Positions 18,165-26,333 of a DNA stretch of 36,214 nucleotides are shown here, piece by piece. Location: positions 9,186 to 45,399 of the forward strand of contig DAIRDH010000024.1 of assembly GCA_036796255.1 (NCBI GenBank), written 5' to 3'. The first letter of the stretch is position 1, and each line of letters opens with the position of its first letter. A model generated the notes under the pieces. That model made no database searches. It was not told where the DNA came from and worked only from the letters and a program-made list of their open reading frames with translations. Source of the DNA: Cryomorphaceae bacterium (GTDB lineage: Bacteria > Bacteroidota > Bacteroidia > Flavobacteriales_D > Cryomorphaceae). Made by a program: the position numbers and the translations under genes.

Positions 18165-19120
18165 GCCAAAAAGTAAGCATTGCCATACCGCTTCTCAACG
18201 AAGCCGAATCGCTCCCTGAACTCTTGGAGTGGATAGACCGTGTGCTGAGCGAGAACCATTTGGAGGCCGAGGTCATCATGGTCGACGATGGCAGTACCGA
18301 CGCGAGTTGGGAGGTGATAGAGGGCCTTTCGGCAAAATACGACTACCTCCGCGGCATTCGCTTTTCACGAAATTACGGCAAGGCTGCAGGCCTGCAATGC
18401 GCTTTTCAGGCGGCCACCGGTGATGTGCTCATCACCATGGATGCCGACCTGCAAGACTCACCCGACGAAATTCCCGACCTCGTTCGCATGATACGCGAAG
18501 AGGGGTATGATCTGGTATCAGGCTGGAAAAAGAAGCGCTACGACCCCATTTCTAAAACGATACCCACAAAACTGTACAACTGGGCCACGAGGCAAATGTC
18601 GGGTATACACCTGCACGACTTCAACTGTGGCCTCAAGGCTTACAAAACCAAAGTGGTAAAGCAGGTGGAACTCTACGGCGACATGCACCGCTATGTGCCA
18701 GTGCTCGCCAAGCGCCTGGGCTACGACAAGATTGGCGAAAAAGTGGTGCAGCACCGCGCCCGTAAATACGGCACCACCAAGTACGGACTTTCCAGGTTTA
18801 TCAAAGGGCCGCTCGACCTGCTCACGCTGAGCTTTATGAGCAATTATGGCAAGCGCCCCATGCACCTCTTTGGCACTTTGGGCATTTTGTCATTTACGGT
18901 GGGTTTTGCCATGTTTGGCTACCTGGGCGTATCAAAGCTCTTCGCTCTGTACCACGAAATCCCGGCAAAAAACATTGCCACGATGTCGCAATTCTATGTG
19001 GCACTTACCGCAATGATTATCGGAGCACAGCTCTTTATAGGTGGTTTTGTGGCTGAGCTCGTACGCGGCGCTACGCCAAATCGCAACAAATACCTGGTCG
19101 AAGAGCGGGTGGGGTTTTAG
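18161..19120 (+). CDS. Family 2 glycosyltransferase (polyprenol-phosphate sugar transferase-like, DPM1/ArnC type) with C-terminal TM helices
   Basis: SIAIPLLNEAESLPELL...VIMVDDGSTD...ITMDADLQDSP, which contains the DxD motif, plus two C-terminal TM helices. The apparent TTG start overlaps the upstream stop (TTGA), and no in-frame ATG lies nearby. Confidence 0.85.
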   Translation: MSQKVSIAIPLLNEAESLPELLEWIDRVLSENHLEAEVIMVDDGSTDASWEVIEGLSAKYDYLRGIRFSRNYGKAAGLQCAFQAATGDVLITMDADLQDSPDEIPDLVRMIREEGYDLVSGWKKKRYDPISKTIPTKLYNWATRQMSGIHLHDFNCGLKAYKTKVVKQVELYGDMHRYVPVLAKRLGYDKIGEKVVQHRARKYGTTKYGLSRFIKGPLDLLTLSFMSNYGKRPMHLFGTLGILSFTVGFAMFGYLGVSKLFALYHEIPAKNIATMSQFYVALTAMIIGAQLFIGGFVAELVRGATPNRNKYLVEERVGF

Positions 19121-19177
19121 CGTACAGCTTCATTGCGTGAAACGTGTCGCGCGTTAACAGGTCTGGTAAAATCAAGT

Positions 19178-19213
19178 CTGAGAAAACGGCTGAGCCGCAA
19201 ACCAAATGCGGCT
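19178..19213 (-). terminator. Putative intrinsic terminator downstream of the flotillin gene
   Basis: AGCCGCA-AACCAAA-TGCGGCT hairpin at 19193-19213. On the minus strand the stem is followed by CAGCCGUUUUCUC. Confidence 0.4.
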
Positions 19214-19239
19214 GAACCTCATTCTATGTAAATCTTTCT

Positions 19240-20823
19240 TTAGGCTTTAGCGTCAGCATCATCGCCGCCTTTGTTATCTTTCTTCGGCTTTGGTCGGTCT
19301 GATTTGCCCATGTTGGTATCATCCACCTCATCACCTTTCAGATAGTTCGGCAGATTCATGCCGGCCATGTTGAACATATCTTGCAATGGCGGCACGGATT
19401 GGTAAAGGCCTGAGATGAAATTACTGGTCGCGGTTTTGCCTTCCTGGCCATTGCCTCCGGCGCTGTCCCAGACGGTAACCTTGTCGATCTTGATGTTTTG
19501 GATGGCTTCTGACTGCAGTTTCACAAGTTCGGTGAGCTTGTCGGCGATCATGATCATTACAGCGTCCTTCGAGTTGTTGCCTGCTGCGGCTACGAGCTGG
19601 CGGAAACCATCGGCTTGCTTGCTAAGGATCTCGTAGTTACCATTTGCTTCAGCCTGCATTTTGAGCAGGATGGCATCGGCTTCACCTTTGGCCTGACGGC
19701 GTATTTTCTCAGCCTCAGCTTCCGCATCGATTTCCACTTTTTGTTTATCGATCTCAGCGGGTATTACGATATCGGCTTCTTGCGTAGCACGGTCGCGCAG
19801 GGCGCGGGCCTGCTCAGCAGCGCGCTCAGATGCGTAAGCTTCTTCGAGGGCCTTGGCCTGCTTCACTTTTTCAGCAGCAATGGCTACACGGCTCGCTTCG
19901 GCCTCGGCCTCGCGGCGCGATGCGTCAGAGCGTGCTATATCGATTTTCGCGGTGTTTTCACCTTCTACTGAGCGGGCATTGGCATCAGCTATTTGAACCC
20001 TTTCGAGCTTGAGGGCCTCGGCCTCCCCTACCTTGGCGGCAGCCTCAGCATCGGCGGTTTTGATACGTTCCTCCCGGTTGGCATCGGCCTCACCGATTTT
20101 GGCCTGGGCCATCAGCGCTGCCACGCGGGTGCGCTGGTCCTGCACCGCATTGGCCTCACCGATGCTACCGTCACGGGTTTTCTCTGCCACACTTTGGCGG
20201 GCGTCGTTGATGGCTTTGGCGGCAGCTTCTTTACCAAGGGCCTCGATGTAGCCCGACTCATCCTTGATGTCTGTAACGTTAACGTTGATAAGCTTGAGCC
20301 CGATTTTCTTGAGCTCGGCCTCCACGTTAGAAGCTACGTTGGAGAGGAATTTGTCACGGTTGTTGTTGATTTCCTCAATGTCCATGGTGGCCACCACAAG
20401 ACGCAACTGACCGAAAATAATGTCTTTAGCAAGGTCGTGTACACTCTGCAGGTTGAGGCCCAGAAGGCGCTCGGCTGCATTCATCATAAGCTCGGGCTCG
20501 GTGGTTACACCTACCGTAAATCGCGAGGGCACATCCACCCGTATATTTTGCCGTGATAGCGCATTGGTGAGCAGCACCTCTATTGAAATTGGCGTGAGGT
20601 CAAGAAATGCATAATCCTGAAAGATAGGCCAAATGAAAGCCGCGCCACCATGAATACATTTTGCCGAACGGCCTCCATCCGCACCCTTGCCTACTTTTCC
20701 GTATACCACAAGTATGCGGTCGGATGGGCAGCGCTTGTAGCGCTTGAGCAGTGAAAAAACCAGGATGAAAATAAAGATGATTGCCGCCGCTATGGCGAGC
20801 ACGAAAAAGCCGCTGGAACTCAT
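19240..20823 (-). CDS. Flotillin-like SPFH/band-7 family protein (YqiK/FloA-like)
   Basis: 527 aa with an N-terminal TM helix, an SPFH domain and a long Ala/Glu-rich coiled-coil (EAEALKLERVQIADANARSVEGENTAKIDIARSDASRREAEAEAS...). Confidence 0.9.
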   Translation of the reverse strand: MSSSGFFVLAIAAAIIFIFILVFSLLKRYKRCPSDRILVVYGKVGKGADGGRSAKCIHGGAAFIWPIFQDYAFLDLTPISIEVLLTNALSRQNIRVDVPSRFTVGVTTEPELMMNAAERLLGLNLQSVHDLAKDIIFGQLRLVVATMDIEEINNNRDKFLSNVASNVEAELKKIGLKLINVNVTDIKDESGYIEALGKEAAAKAINDARQSVAEKTRDGSIGEANAVQDQRTRVAALMAQAKIGEADANREERIKTADAEAAAKVGEAEALKLERVQIADANARSVEGENTAKIDIARSDASRREAEAEASRVAIAAEKVKQAKALEEAYASERAAEQARALRDRATQEADIVIPAEIDKQKVEIDAEAEAEKIRRQAKGEADAILLKMQAEANGNYEILSKQADGFRQLVAAAGNNSKDAVMIMIADKLTELVKLQSEAIQNIKIDKVTVWDSAGGNGQEGKTATSNFISGLYQSVPPLQDMFNMAGMNLPNYLKGDEVDDTNMGKSDRPKPKKDNKGGDDADAKA

Positions 20824-20825
20824 AA

Positions 20826-21419
20826 TTAGCTTGATGTATTTTTGGTAACAAGGAGGATATGGCCGTCTATAATTTCATTCACTTTTACGACAGTACCGGT
20901 GGAAAGAAGGGTTTCATCATGGGTCATGGCATCGATTTCGCGCACGGTGCCCTGCACATTGATTTGAACTTTGCCTATGCCGCTGCCCGCTGGAGGCACC
21001 GGCAGGTATATCTCACCAAGGCGGCCTATGGCATTGATCATCTTAAAGGTGCCATCTTCTACAAGACGGCTCACAAAGAAGAATATGGTGGCCATAGCGG
21101 CCATCATGATGCTTCCGCAAATAAAAGCAATAATCAGCGTGGGTAGCTCATCAAGTCCTCCGCTCACGCAACCTATCCCCACCCATCCGAAAATGGTGAA
21201 AAATCCAATGAGATTTTTAAATGTAAAAAACTGAAAGCCCGCGCCGCCATCCATTTCAATACTGGCATCGACATCTCCTTCAAACATTCCATCGCCGCCG
21301 AGAAAGGTGGTGATCAAAATGATGATCATAATAAGTGAAGATGGCACTGCGATGGCCCAAAATATTTGCTCGAAGAGCAGCTTTTCAGCCCACCAGGTAC
21401 TTAGGTCTAAAAGAATCAT
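20826..21419 (-). CDS. NfeD/YqiJ-like membrane protein (flotillin-associated, C-terminal OB-fold)
   Basis: 197 aa with TM helices followed by a C-terminal beta-rich segment (GKVQINVQGTVREIDAMTHDETLLSTGTVVKVNEIIDGHILLV). It lies immediately upstream of the flotillin gene, 2 bp apart. Confidence 0.75.
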   Translation of the reverse strand: MILLDLSTWWAEKLLFEQIFWAIAVPSSLIMIIILITTFLGGDGMFEGDVDASIEMDGGAGFQFFTFKNLIGFFTIFGWVGIGCVSGGLDELPTLIIAFICGSIMMAAMATIFFFVSRLVEDGTFKMINAIGRLGEIYLPVPPAGSGIGKVQINVQGTVREIDAMTHDETLLSTGTVVKVNEIIDGHILLVTKNTSS

Positions 21420-21564
21420 GTGAGGTAGAACATAACAGGGCTAAAGTATGAAAAAATGTTTCACACATGGGTAGTTCATCTCGGTAAAAAGATTCAAATG
21501 GTTTTCAACCCTGCAATCCCTGATCAATCGAAGTAAGTAAATGCTGCGACGACACTTGGCTCTT

Positions 21565-21601
21565 GCCAAAAAATAAAGGGGCCATCCCGAAAGATGACCC
21601 C
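21565..21601 (-). terminator. Intrinsic terminator on the minus strand inside the 21420-22380 gap
   Basis: Minus-strand RNA reads GGGGUCAUC-UUUCGG-GAUGGCCCC followed by UUUAUUUUUU. The stem is 9 bp with one G-U pair. Confidence 0.6.
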
Positions 21602-21771
21602 TGATTGCGTATGGCCCTGCACCGGCATTGCGCCGGGCGGAACTTAAACCAAAACCTAATCAACCATGATCCTCAGGGCCTACGCTAAAATCTTATATCA
21701 ACTGCACATCGCAGCGCTCTAACCTGACGACCAACGGGAAGTACGAGATTTCACCTATACTTGCGTTATTA

Positions 21772-21800
21772 GAAACGCTGTTTTGAGCGTTTTGTTTTGG
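21772..21800 (+). terminator. Putative intrinsic terminator on the plus strand inside the gap
   Basis: AAACGCU-GUUUUG-AGCGUUU hairpin followed by UGUUUUGG. Confidence 0.4.
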
Positions 21801-22379
21801 AGATATCTTTGATCTTGGCAAATAGTGTGCGAGGCGGGATAAATTGTTTTAGGAGCTGAGCACTAATTGACTTGGAGAACGAAAATGAGCTTGTCCATTT
21901 GGGCAAATCCTCTTGTTTATTTTGACGATATTCTGGTATTTGTCTCAGATAATTATCTTTTTTGGAAGCGCAAAATATGGAAGTAAGCGAAGCGCTCAGC
22001 ACCCAATCAGGCATGCGGTCTGTAGGCAAAATTTCAAGTGGAGATTTACACCAGAAACGGAGCTGCTTGGTACGGTCAAGACCGACCTCAATGATCTTTC
22101 GATGCTTAAATTGCAGCTATTCTTCTTTTGATGTGATCAAATTAGATTTGATATCCGGTTCTCTTGGAAAGTATATGTATACCTTTCACCTTCCGCAACT
22201 GAATCAGCAACTTAGGTAGCTTTGTGGTGCAAACCCTCGAGGGTAAAAATGGCTACGCCATAACCCTCGCTGCGTAATGCCGCTTAGATCCTTTCGCAAT
22301 GCGAAGCAACCTTTTGTCACAATTCGAATGATAGAATTCAAAAGTAAAGTAGCTTAGCGCTAGAATAGAACGGTGCCGC

Positions 22380-22811
22380 ATGGATACACTTCACTTTGAA
22401 CATCTCGAATCAATATTTGGCAAGGCCCGCATCAATATGCAGTTTTACCCTTCAGCAAAGTTGAGGGTCGAGAAAGGATCAGCAGAAATTGAGATGGATG
22501 TAAGCAACAGCTATCACCATGGTATGGGTGCCATGCACGGTTCGGTATATTTTAAGTTATTGGACGACGCTGCTTATTTCGCTGCCAATTCAGTGGTTAA
22601 AGATTTCTTCCTGGTCACCACTTCCTTTCATATTCACTTGTTAAGACCGGTGATTAGCGGAGTGATTCGGGCCAGAGGCACCTTGCGTTTTCGCAGCCCA
22701 CAACTTTACATGGCTGATGCTGTAATTCTCAATGACCGTGGCAAAGAAATTGCTTTTGGAACCGGACATTTTGCGAAAAGCAAAATAGCCATAACTCAGG
22801 ATTGGCAATGA
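22380..22811 (+). CDS. PaaI-family hotdog-fold thioesterase
   Basis: 143 aa reading HGMGAMHGSVYFKLLDDAAYFAANS...HIHLLRPVISGVIRARG, the typical PaaI/4HBT arrangement. Confidence 0.8.
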   Translation: MDTLHFEHLESIFGKARINMQFYPSAKLRVEKGSAEIEMDVSNSYHHGMGAMHGSVYFKLLDDAAYFAANSVVKDFFLVTTSFHIHLLRPVISGVIRARGTLRFRSPQLYMADAVILNDRGKEIAFGTGHFAKSKIAITQDWQ

Positions 22812-25285
22812 TTTCAATAAATCAGCAAAAAAAGCCGCTCAGGCTTAAGGTCAGCCACTTGCTGCTGGCAGGGTGGTTTGCATTCATTTGTTCACCACTT
22901 CAGGCCCAATCCTCGCTAGAGGGAAAGGTGATCGATGCTGTTACTGGCAAATCCATACCTTTTGTACACCTTGTCATAAGCACCAACCCTGTGACAGGAG
23001 GTGTGAGCAATATTGATGGTGTATACCGCATTGCCGTGCCTGCTGATATCGCCAGTAGCACCTCAGTACGCTTGAGTTGTATCGGGTATGAGGCTCGGAC
23101 CTTGCCTTACGGCGAAATGCACAGTGCGCGAAGCGTGGCCCTCACTCCCAGAGCAGCCGATCTGGGTGAAGTGATTGTAAAAGCTACGGAAGATCCCGGT
23201 TATGAAATCATACGCCGGGCAGCGGCCAACCGCCGAATGAACAATCCGGAATCGCTGGACGGATTCAAACTCACAACTTACAACAAAGCCGGCCTCGACG
23301 TGGAGCGCAGGGAATATGTTCAGGAAAGTCTCGACAGCACTGGATTTGCCAATGCGCGCTTCTTTATGCTGGAAAGCAGCACCGATGTGGTGTACAAAAA
23401 ACCCGGTAAGTGGAATGAAACAGTGCAGGCTACACGGGTATCAGGGATAAAGAATCCGACGCTTTCGATCATCTCCAACTCTTTTCAGCCATTCAGCACC
23501 TATACTGATCACGTTAACTTATTGGAGACAGACTTTCTCAACCCCATAAGCCCTGGAAGCGATGCGCGCTATGTATTTGAGCTCACGGACAGCGCCATGG
23601 TAGAAGGCCAGAAAGTCTACATCGTAAGTTTTCAGCCACGGGCCAAAGTTACTGGCAACTACCTGAAAGGAAGCGTAACACTCAGCAGTGAAGAGTACGC
23701 CATAGTCAACCTTCGCGCAGCCAACAGCAACCGGTTCAACCTCATGGATTTTGAAATCAGGCAAAACTACAGCAAGGTAGCCGGCAAGTGGTTTCCGAAA
23801 GAGTCGAAAACGCTGTACATCATATACCTGGATGATCCGGCCGAAAAGGATGCGCCGCTTCCGATGATGCTCTACAGCACCACCTACCTGAAAAACATTG
23901 ATATTGGCTACAAACCTGAAAGCAAAGACTTTAACGTAGCCCAGGTCACTGTATCGAAAGGCGCGGGACAAATGGCACCTGAATACTGGGATGAGATTCG
24001 ACCTTTCGACCTTGATACAGCTGAGATGAATACTTACGCGGTCTTTGACACCTTGCCCGCTGGGTTTATTAACTCCCTCAATTGGTTTATGGACCAATCG
24101 GCATCGCTGGCTGCAGGTCGGCTCACTTTTGGTAAGATTGATGTGTTGCTCAATGACGTGATGCGCTTCAACCGCTATGAGGGTTTCAGATTGGGAGCGG
24201 GCTTGTCTACCAATCAAAACTTCATAAAATGGGTGAGCTTCGAAGGCTATTTTGCCTACGGCTTTCGCGACCAGCGCAGCAAGTATGGTGGCGGAACGGT
24301 CTTTCACATTTCGCGAAAGCATGACATGAACCTGGCTTTCAGGTACCGCAATGATGTGAGCGAGCCTGGCCGCGGCGCTTTCGACCGGGACTACAACTTC
24401 ATGCGCACGGGATTCAGCTTGCGCAATTTCTTTACAGAAACGATGAATCCTGTTGAACAGTACCGTGCTGACTTCAGCATGCGGCCTGCGCGGGGAATAA
24501 AAACCGAACTGGGCTTTATGCGTGAGGACCGATTGATCGCATCGCAGCAAGTGCTGGGCGATGCAGCCTTCCCCAATTCACGAATCATACTCACACAATG
24601 GAGGGCAGCGCTGCAATGGGTGCCTGGCGAATCGCTCATGCAAATAGGCAATGTGATGATTCCAACTGCAGCGAGTTACCCACGTTTCAGGCTGAGTGTG
24701 AGCGGTGCGCTACCTGACTTGCTTGACGGTGAGCAAGACTTCGTTCGCAGCGATTTCGAATTCAGCCACCAAATGCGCTTGCGAAGGGCCGGGGAACTTC
24801 AGATTTTTGCCGGCGCCGGGCGACTTTGGGGCAGCGATGTGGCCTTTCCGTATCTGAACTTCGGGCGGGGCAGCAATGGATTCGATGGCCTTTTCGGGCT
24901 GGAAACCCCAGGGTTTTTCCAAACCATGTTGCTCTATGACTTCTTGATGGATGAGTATGCCTACGGAGGTCTGCGCCACAACTTTGGGACAGTATTCGGG
25001 ATAGAGGGAAGGTTTTCAAAACCCACTTTGAAAGTGGCATATGCCGCAGGTATCGGCAATCTAAGCAGCGGTAATGCACAGGAATTGCCCATTGCCTACA
25101 GGCAAATGAACAAGCCCTACCTCGAAGCGGGAATCGTGATTGACGACATATTTCGGTACCGTACCAATGGTGGTGCCACATACAATGGATTTGGAATCGG
25201 CACTTTTATGCTACATGGCCACTATGCTGAGCCGCGATTTGAAGACAACCTCATCTTGGTGCTTAGCTTTACCAATAGCTTTTAG
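22808..25285 (+). CDS. DUF5686 and carboxypeptidase-like regulatory domain containing protein (secreted or outer-membrane associated)
   Basis: About 825 aa with a signal peptide (LLLAGWFAFICSPLQAQ), a CarbopepD_reg-like beta-sandwich (LEGKVIDAVTGKSIPFVHLVI...DGVYRIAVP...VRLSCIGYEARTL), then a long beta-rich region. The ATG at 22808 gives an ATGA overlap with the PaaI stop. The track start at 22802 is a TTG. Confidence 0.75.
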   Translation: MISINQQKKPLRLKVSHLLLAGWFAFICSPLQAQSSLEGKVIDAVTGKSIPFVHLVISTNPVTGGVSNIDGVYRIAVPADIASSTSVRLSCIGYEARTLPYGEMHSARSVALTPRAADLGEVIVKATEDPGYEIIRRAAANRRMNNPESLDGFKLTTYNKAGLDVERREYVQESLDSTGFANARFFMLESSTDVVYKKPGKWNETVQATRVSGIKNPTLSIISNSFQPFSTYTDHVNLLETDFLNPISPGSDARYVFELTDSAMVEGQKVYIVSFQPRAKVTGNYLKGSVTLSSEEYAIVNLRAANSNRFNLMDFEIRQNYSKVAGKWFPKESKTLYIIYLDDPAEKDAPLPMMLYSTTYLKNIDIGYKPESKDFNVAQVTVSKGAGQMAPEYWDEIRPFDLDTAEMNTYAVFDTLPAGFINSLNWFMDQSASLAAGRLTFGKIDVLLNDVMRFNRYEGFRLGAGLSTNQNFIKWVSFEGYFAYGFRDQRSKYGGGTVFHISRKHDMNLAFRYRNDVSEPGRGAFDRDYNFMRTGFSLRNFFTETMNPVEQYRADFSMRPARGIKTELGFMREDRLIASQQVLGDAAFPNSRIILTQWRAALQWVPGESLMQIGNVMIPTAASYPRFRLSVSGALPDLLDGEQDFVRSDFEFSHQMRLRRAGELQIFAGAGRLWGSDVAFPYLNFGRGSNGFDGLFGLETPGFFQTMLLYDFLMDEYAYGGLRHNFGTVFGIEGRFSKPTLKVAYAAGIGNLSSGNAQELPIAYRQMNKPYLEAGIVIDDIFRYRTNGGATYNGFGIGTFMLHGHYAEPRFEDNLILVLSFTNSF

Positions 25286-26331
25286 CCTAATGGCTTTGCT
25301 CCAAGGCCCGGACCTTTGGGCATTACTATGTAGCCATCCCGAAAGGTGATGCCTGCAAAAGGATCGTTCTGGGTAAGAACCGGGCCATCGAGGTCAACCC
25401 AGTCAGCGAGTGATGAGAGTTGTGCCGCCGCAGTTACTCCACAGGAGCTTTCAGCCATGGCACCCAATACCACCTTCAACCCAAGTTCCCTCGCCCGCTG
25501 AATCATCTGATGCGCTTCAGCGATTCCGGTACTCTTCATTAGTTTGATGTTAACGCCATCGAAGTAATCAGCGGCCATGTCGAGGTCGGTCAATCGCTTT
25601 ACGGATTCATCAGCGACAATGTGCACGCCTGTTGTTTTACGCAGCCAATCGCTGTCTTTTTCCCGGCCCACGGGAAGCGGCTGCTCGATAAACTCCACAC
25701 CTTTTTCTTTCAAATAACCGCACATATATGCTGCATAATCCAGGTCATACCATCCCTGGTTTACATCCACACAAAAGGGTTTATCGCACAGATTAAGGAA
25801 ATCGTCTACGAGCGTCTTGTCATCACTTCCGCCCAATTTAAGCTTGATGATTTTAAAAGGCGATGCCTCCAGCAGCTTTTGCGGAAGCTCTTCTGGCAGT
25901 GACATACCAAGGGTAAAAGTGCTTGCAACATTGGTAGCTCGCTTCAAGCCCAGCATCTCTTCGATCGAAAGATTCAACCTTTGGCTATTGAGGTCGTGAA
26001 GTGCAATATCGATGGCCGCCTTGGCAGCATTCATGGATGGATGAAGCTGGTCAAGGACCTGCGACAATTCACTCAACGGTGTATCAAGCAGCTGAGCCCA
26101 AGGTAGCTGTGCGTAAAAGTCAATAACCTCATACGCCTTTACTCCGAGGTAAGGCGGCAAAGAAGCTTCTCCAAAACAATTGAAGCCTTCAGATCGAATA
26201 TTTAAAACGACCACTTCTGTTTGAGTCCGCGTGCCATGGGCAAGGCGGAAGGGAAACTTAAACTTTAAAATATAGGTATGGGCACTGACCTCAACTCCCG
26301 GGTTGCTATGTAGCACCTGCCTTGCACGCAT
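25282..26331 (-). CDS. Dipeptide epimerase (enolase superfamily, MR/MLE family; L-Ala-D/L-Glu epimerase-like)
   Basis: 349 aa with an enolase N-capping domain, then a TIM barrel carrying KxK (FKIIKLKLG) and metal ligands (DVNQGW; IEQPL; ADESV) and a C-terminal GxG. Its 3' end overlaps the convergent DUF5686 gene by 4 bp. Confidence 0.8.
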   Translation of the reverse strand: MRARQVLHSNPGVEVSAHTYILKFKFPFRLAHGTRTQTEVVVLNIRSEGFNCFGEASLPPYLGVKAYEVIDFYAQLPWAQLLDTPLSELSQVLDQLHPSMNAAKAAIDIALHDLNSQRLNLSIEEMLGLKRATNVASTFTLGMSLPEELPQKLLEASPFKIIKLKLGGSDDKTLVDDFLNLCDKPFCVDVNQGWYDLDYAAYMCGYLKEKGVEFIEQPLPVGREKDSDWLRKTTGVHIVADESVKRLTDLDMAADYFDGVNIKLMKSTGIAEAHQMIQRARELGLKVVLGAMAESSCGVTAAAQLSSLADWVDLDGPVLTQNDPFAGITFRDGYIVMPKGPGLGAKPLG

Positions 26332-26333
26332 AA

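Noticed and set aside
19141-19160. AACGTGTCGCGCGTTAAC near-palindrome between GT2 and flotillin
   Set aside because: Imperfect and short. The neighbouring AGCCGCA/TGCGGCT hairpin is a better terminator candidate.
21769-22029. 86-aa minus-strand ORF in the large intergenic gap as a possible small protein gene
   Set aside because: It starts at a TTG, has no recognisable domain and has low-complexity composition. A roughly 170-nt 3' UTR before the terminator is atypical. I kept it as part of the candidate sRNA/pseudogene region rather than calling a CDS.
23519-24550. 343-aa minus-strand ORF inside the DUF5686 gene
   Set aside because: Antisense shadow ORF. The plus-strand gene has a signal peptide and a coherent domain structure.
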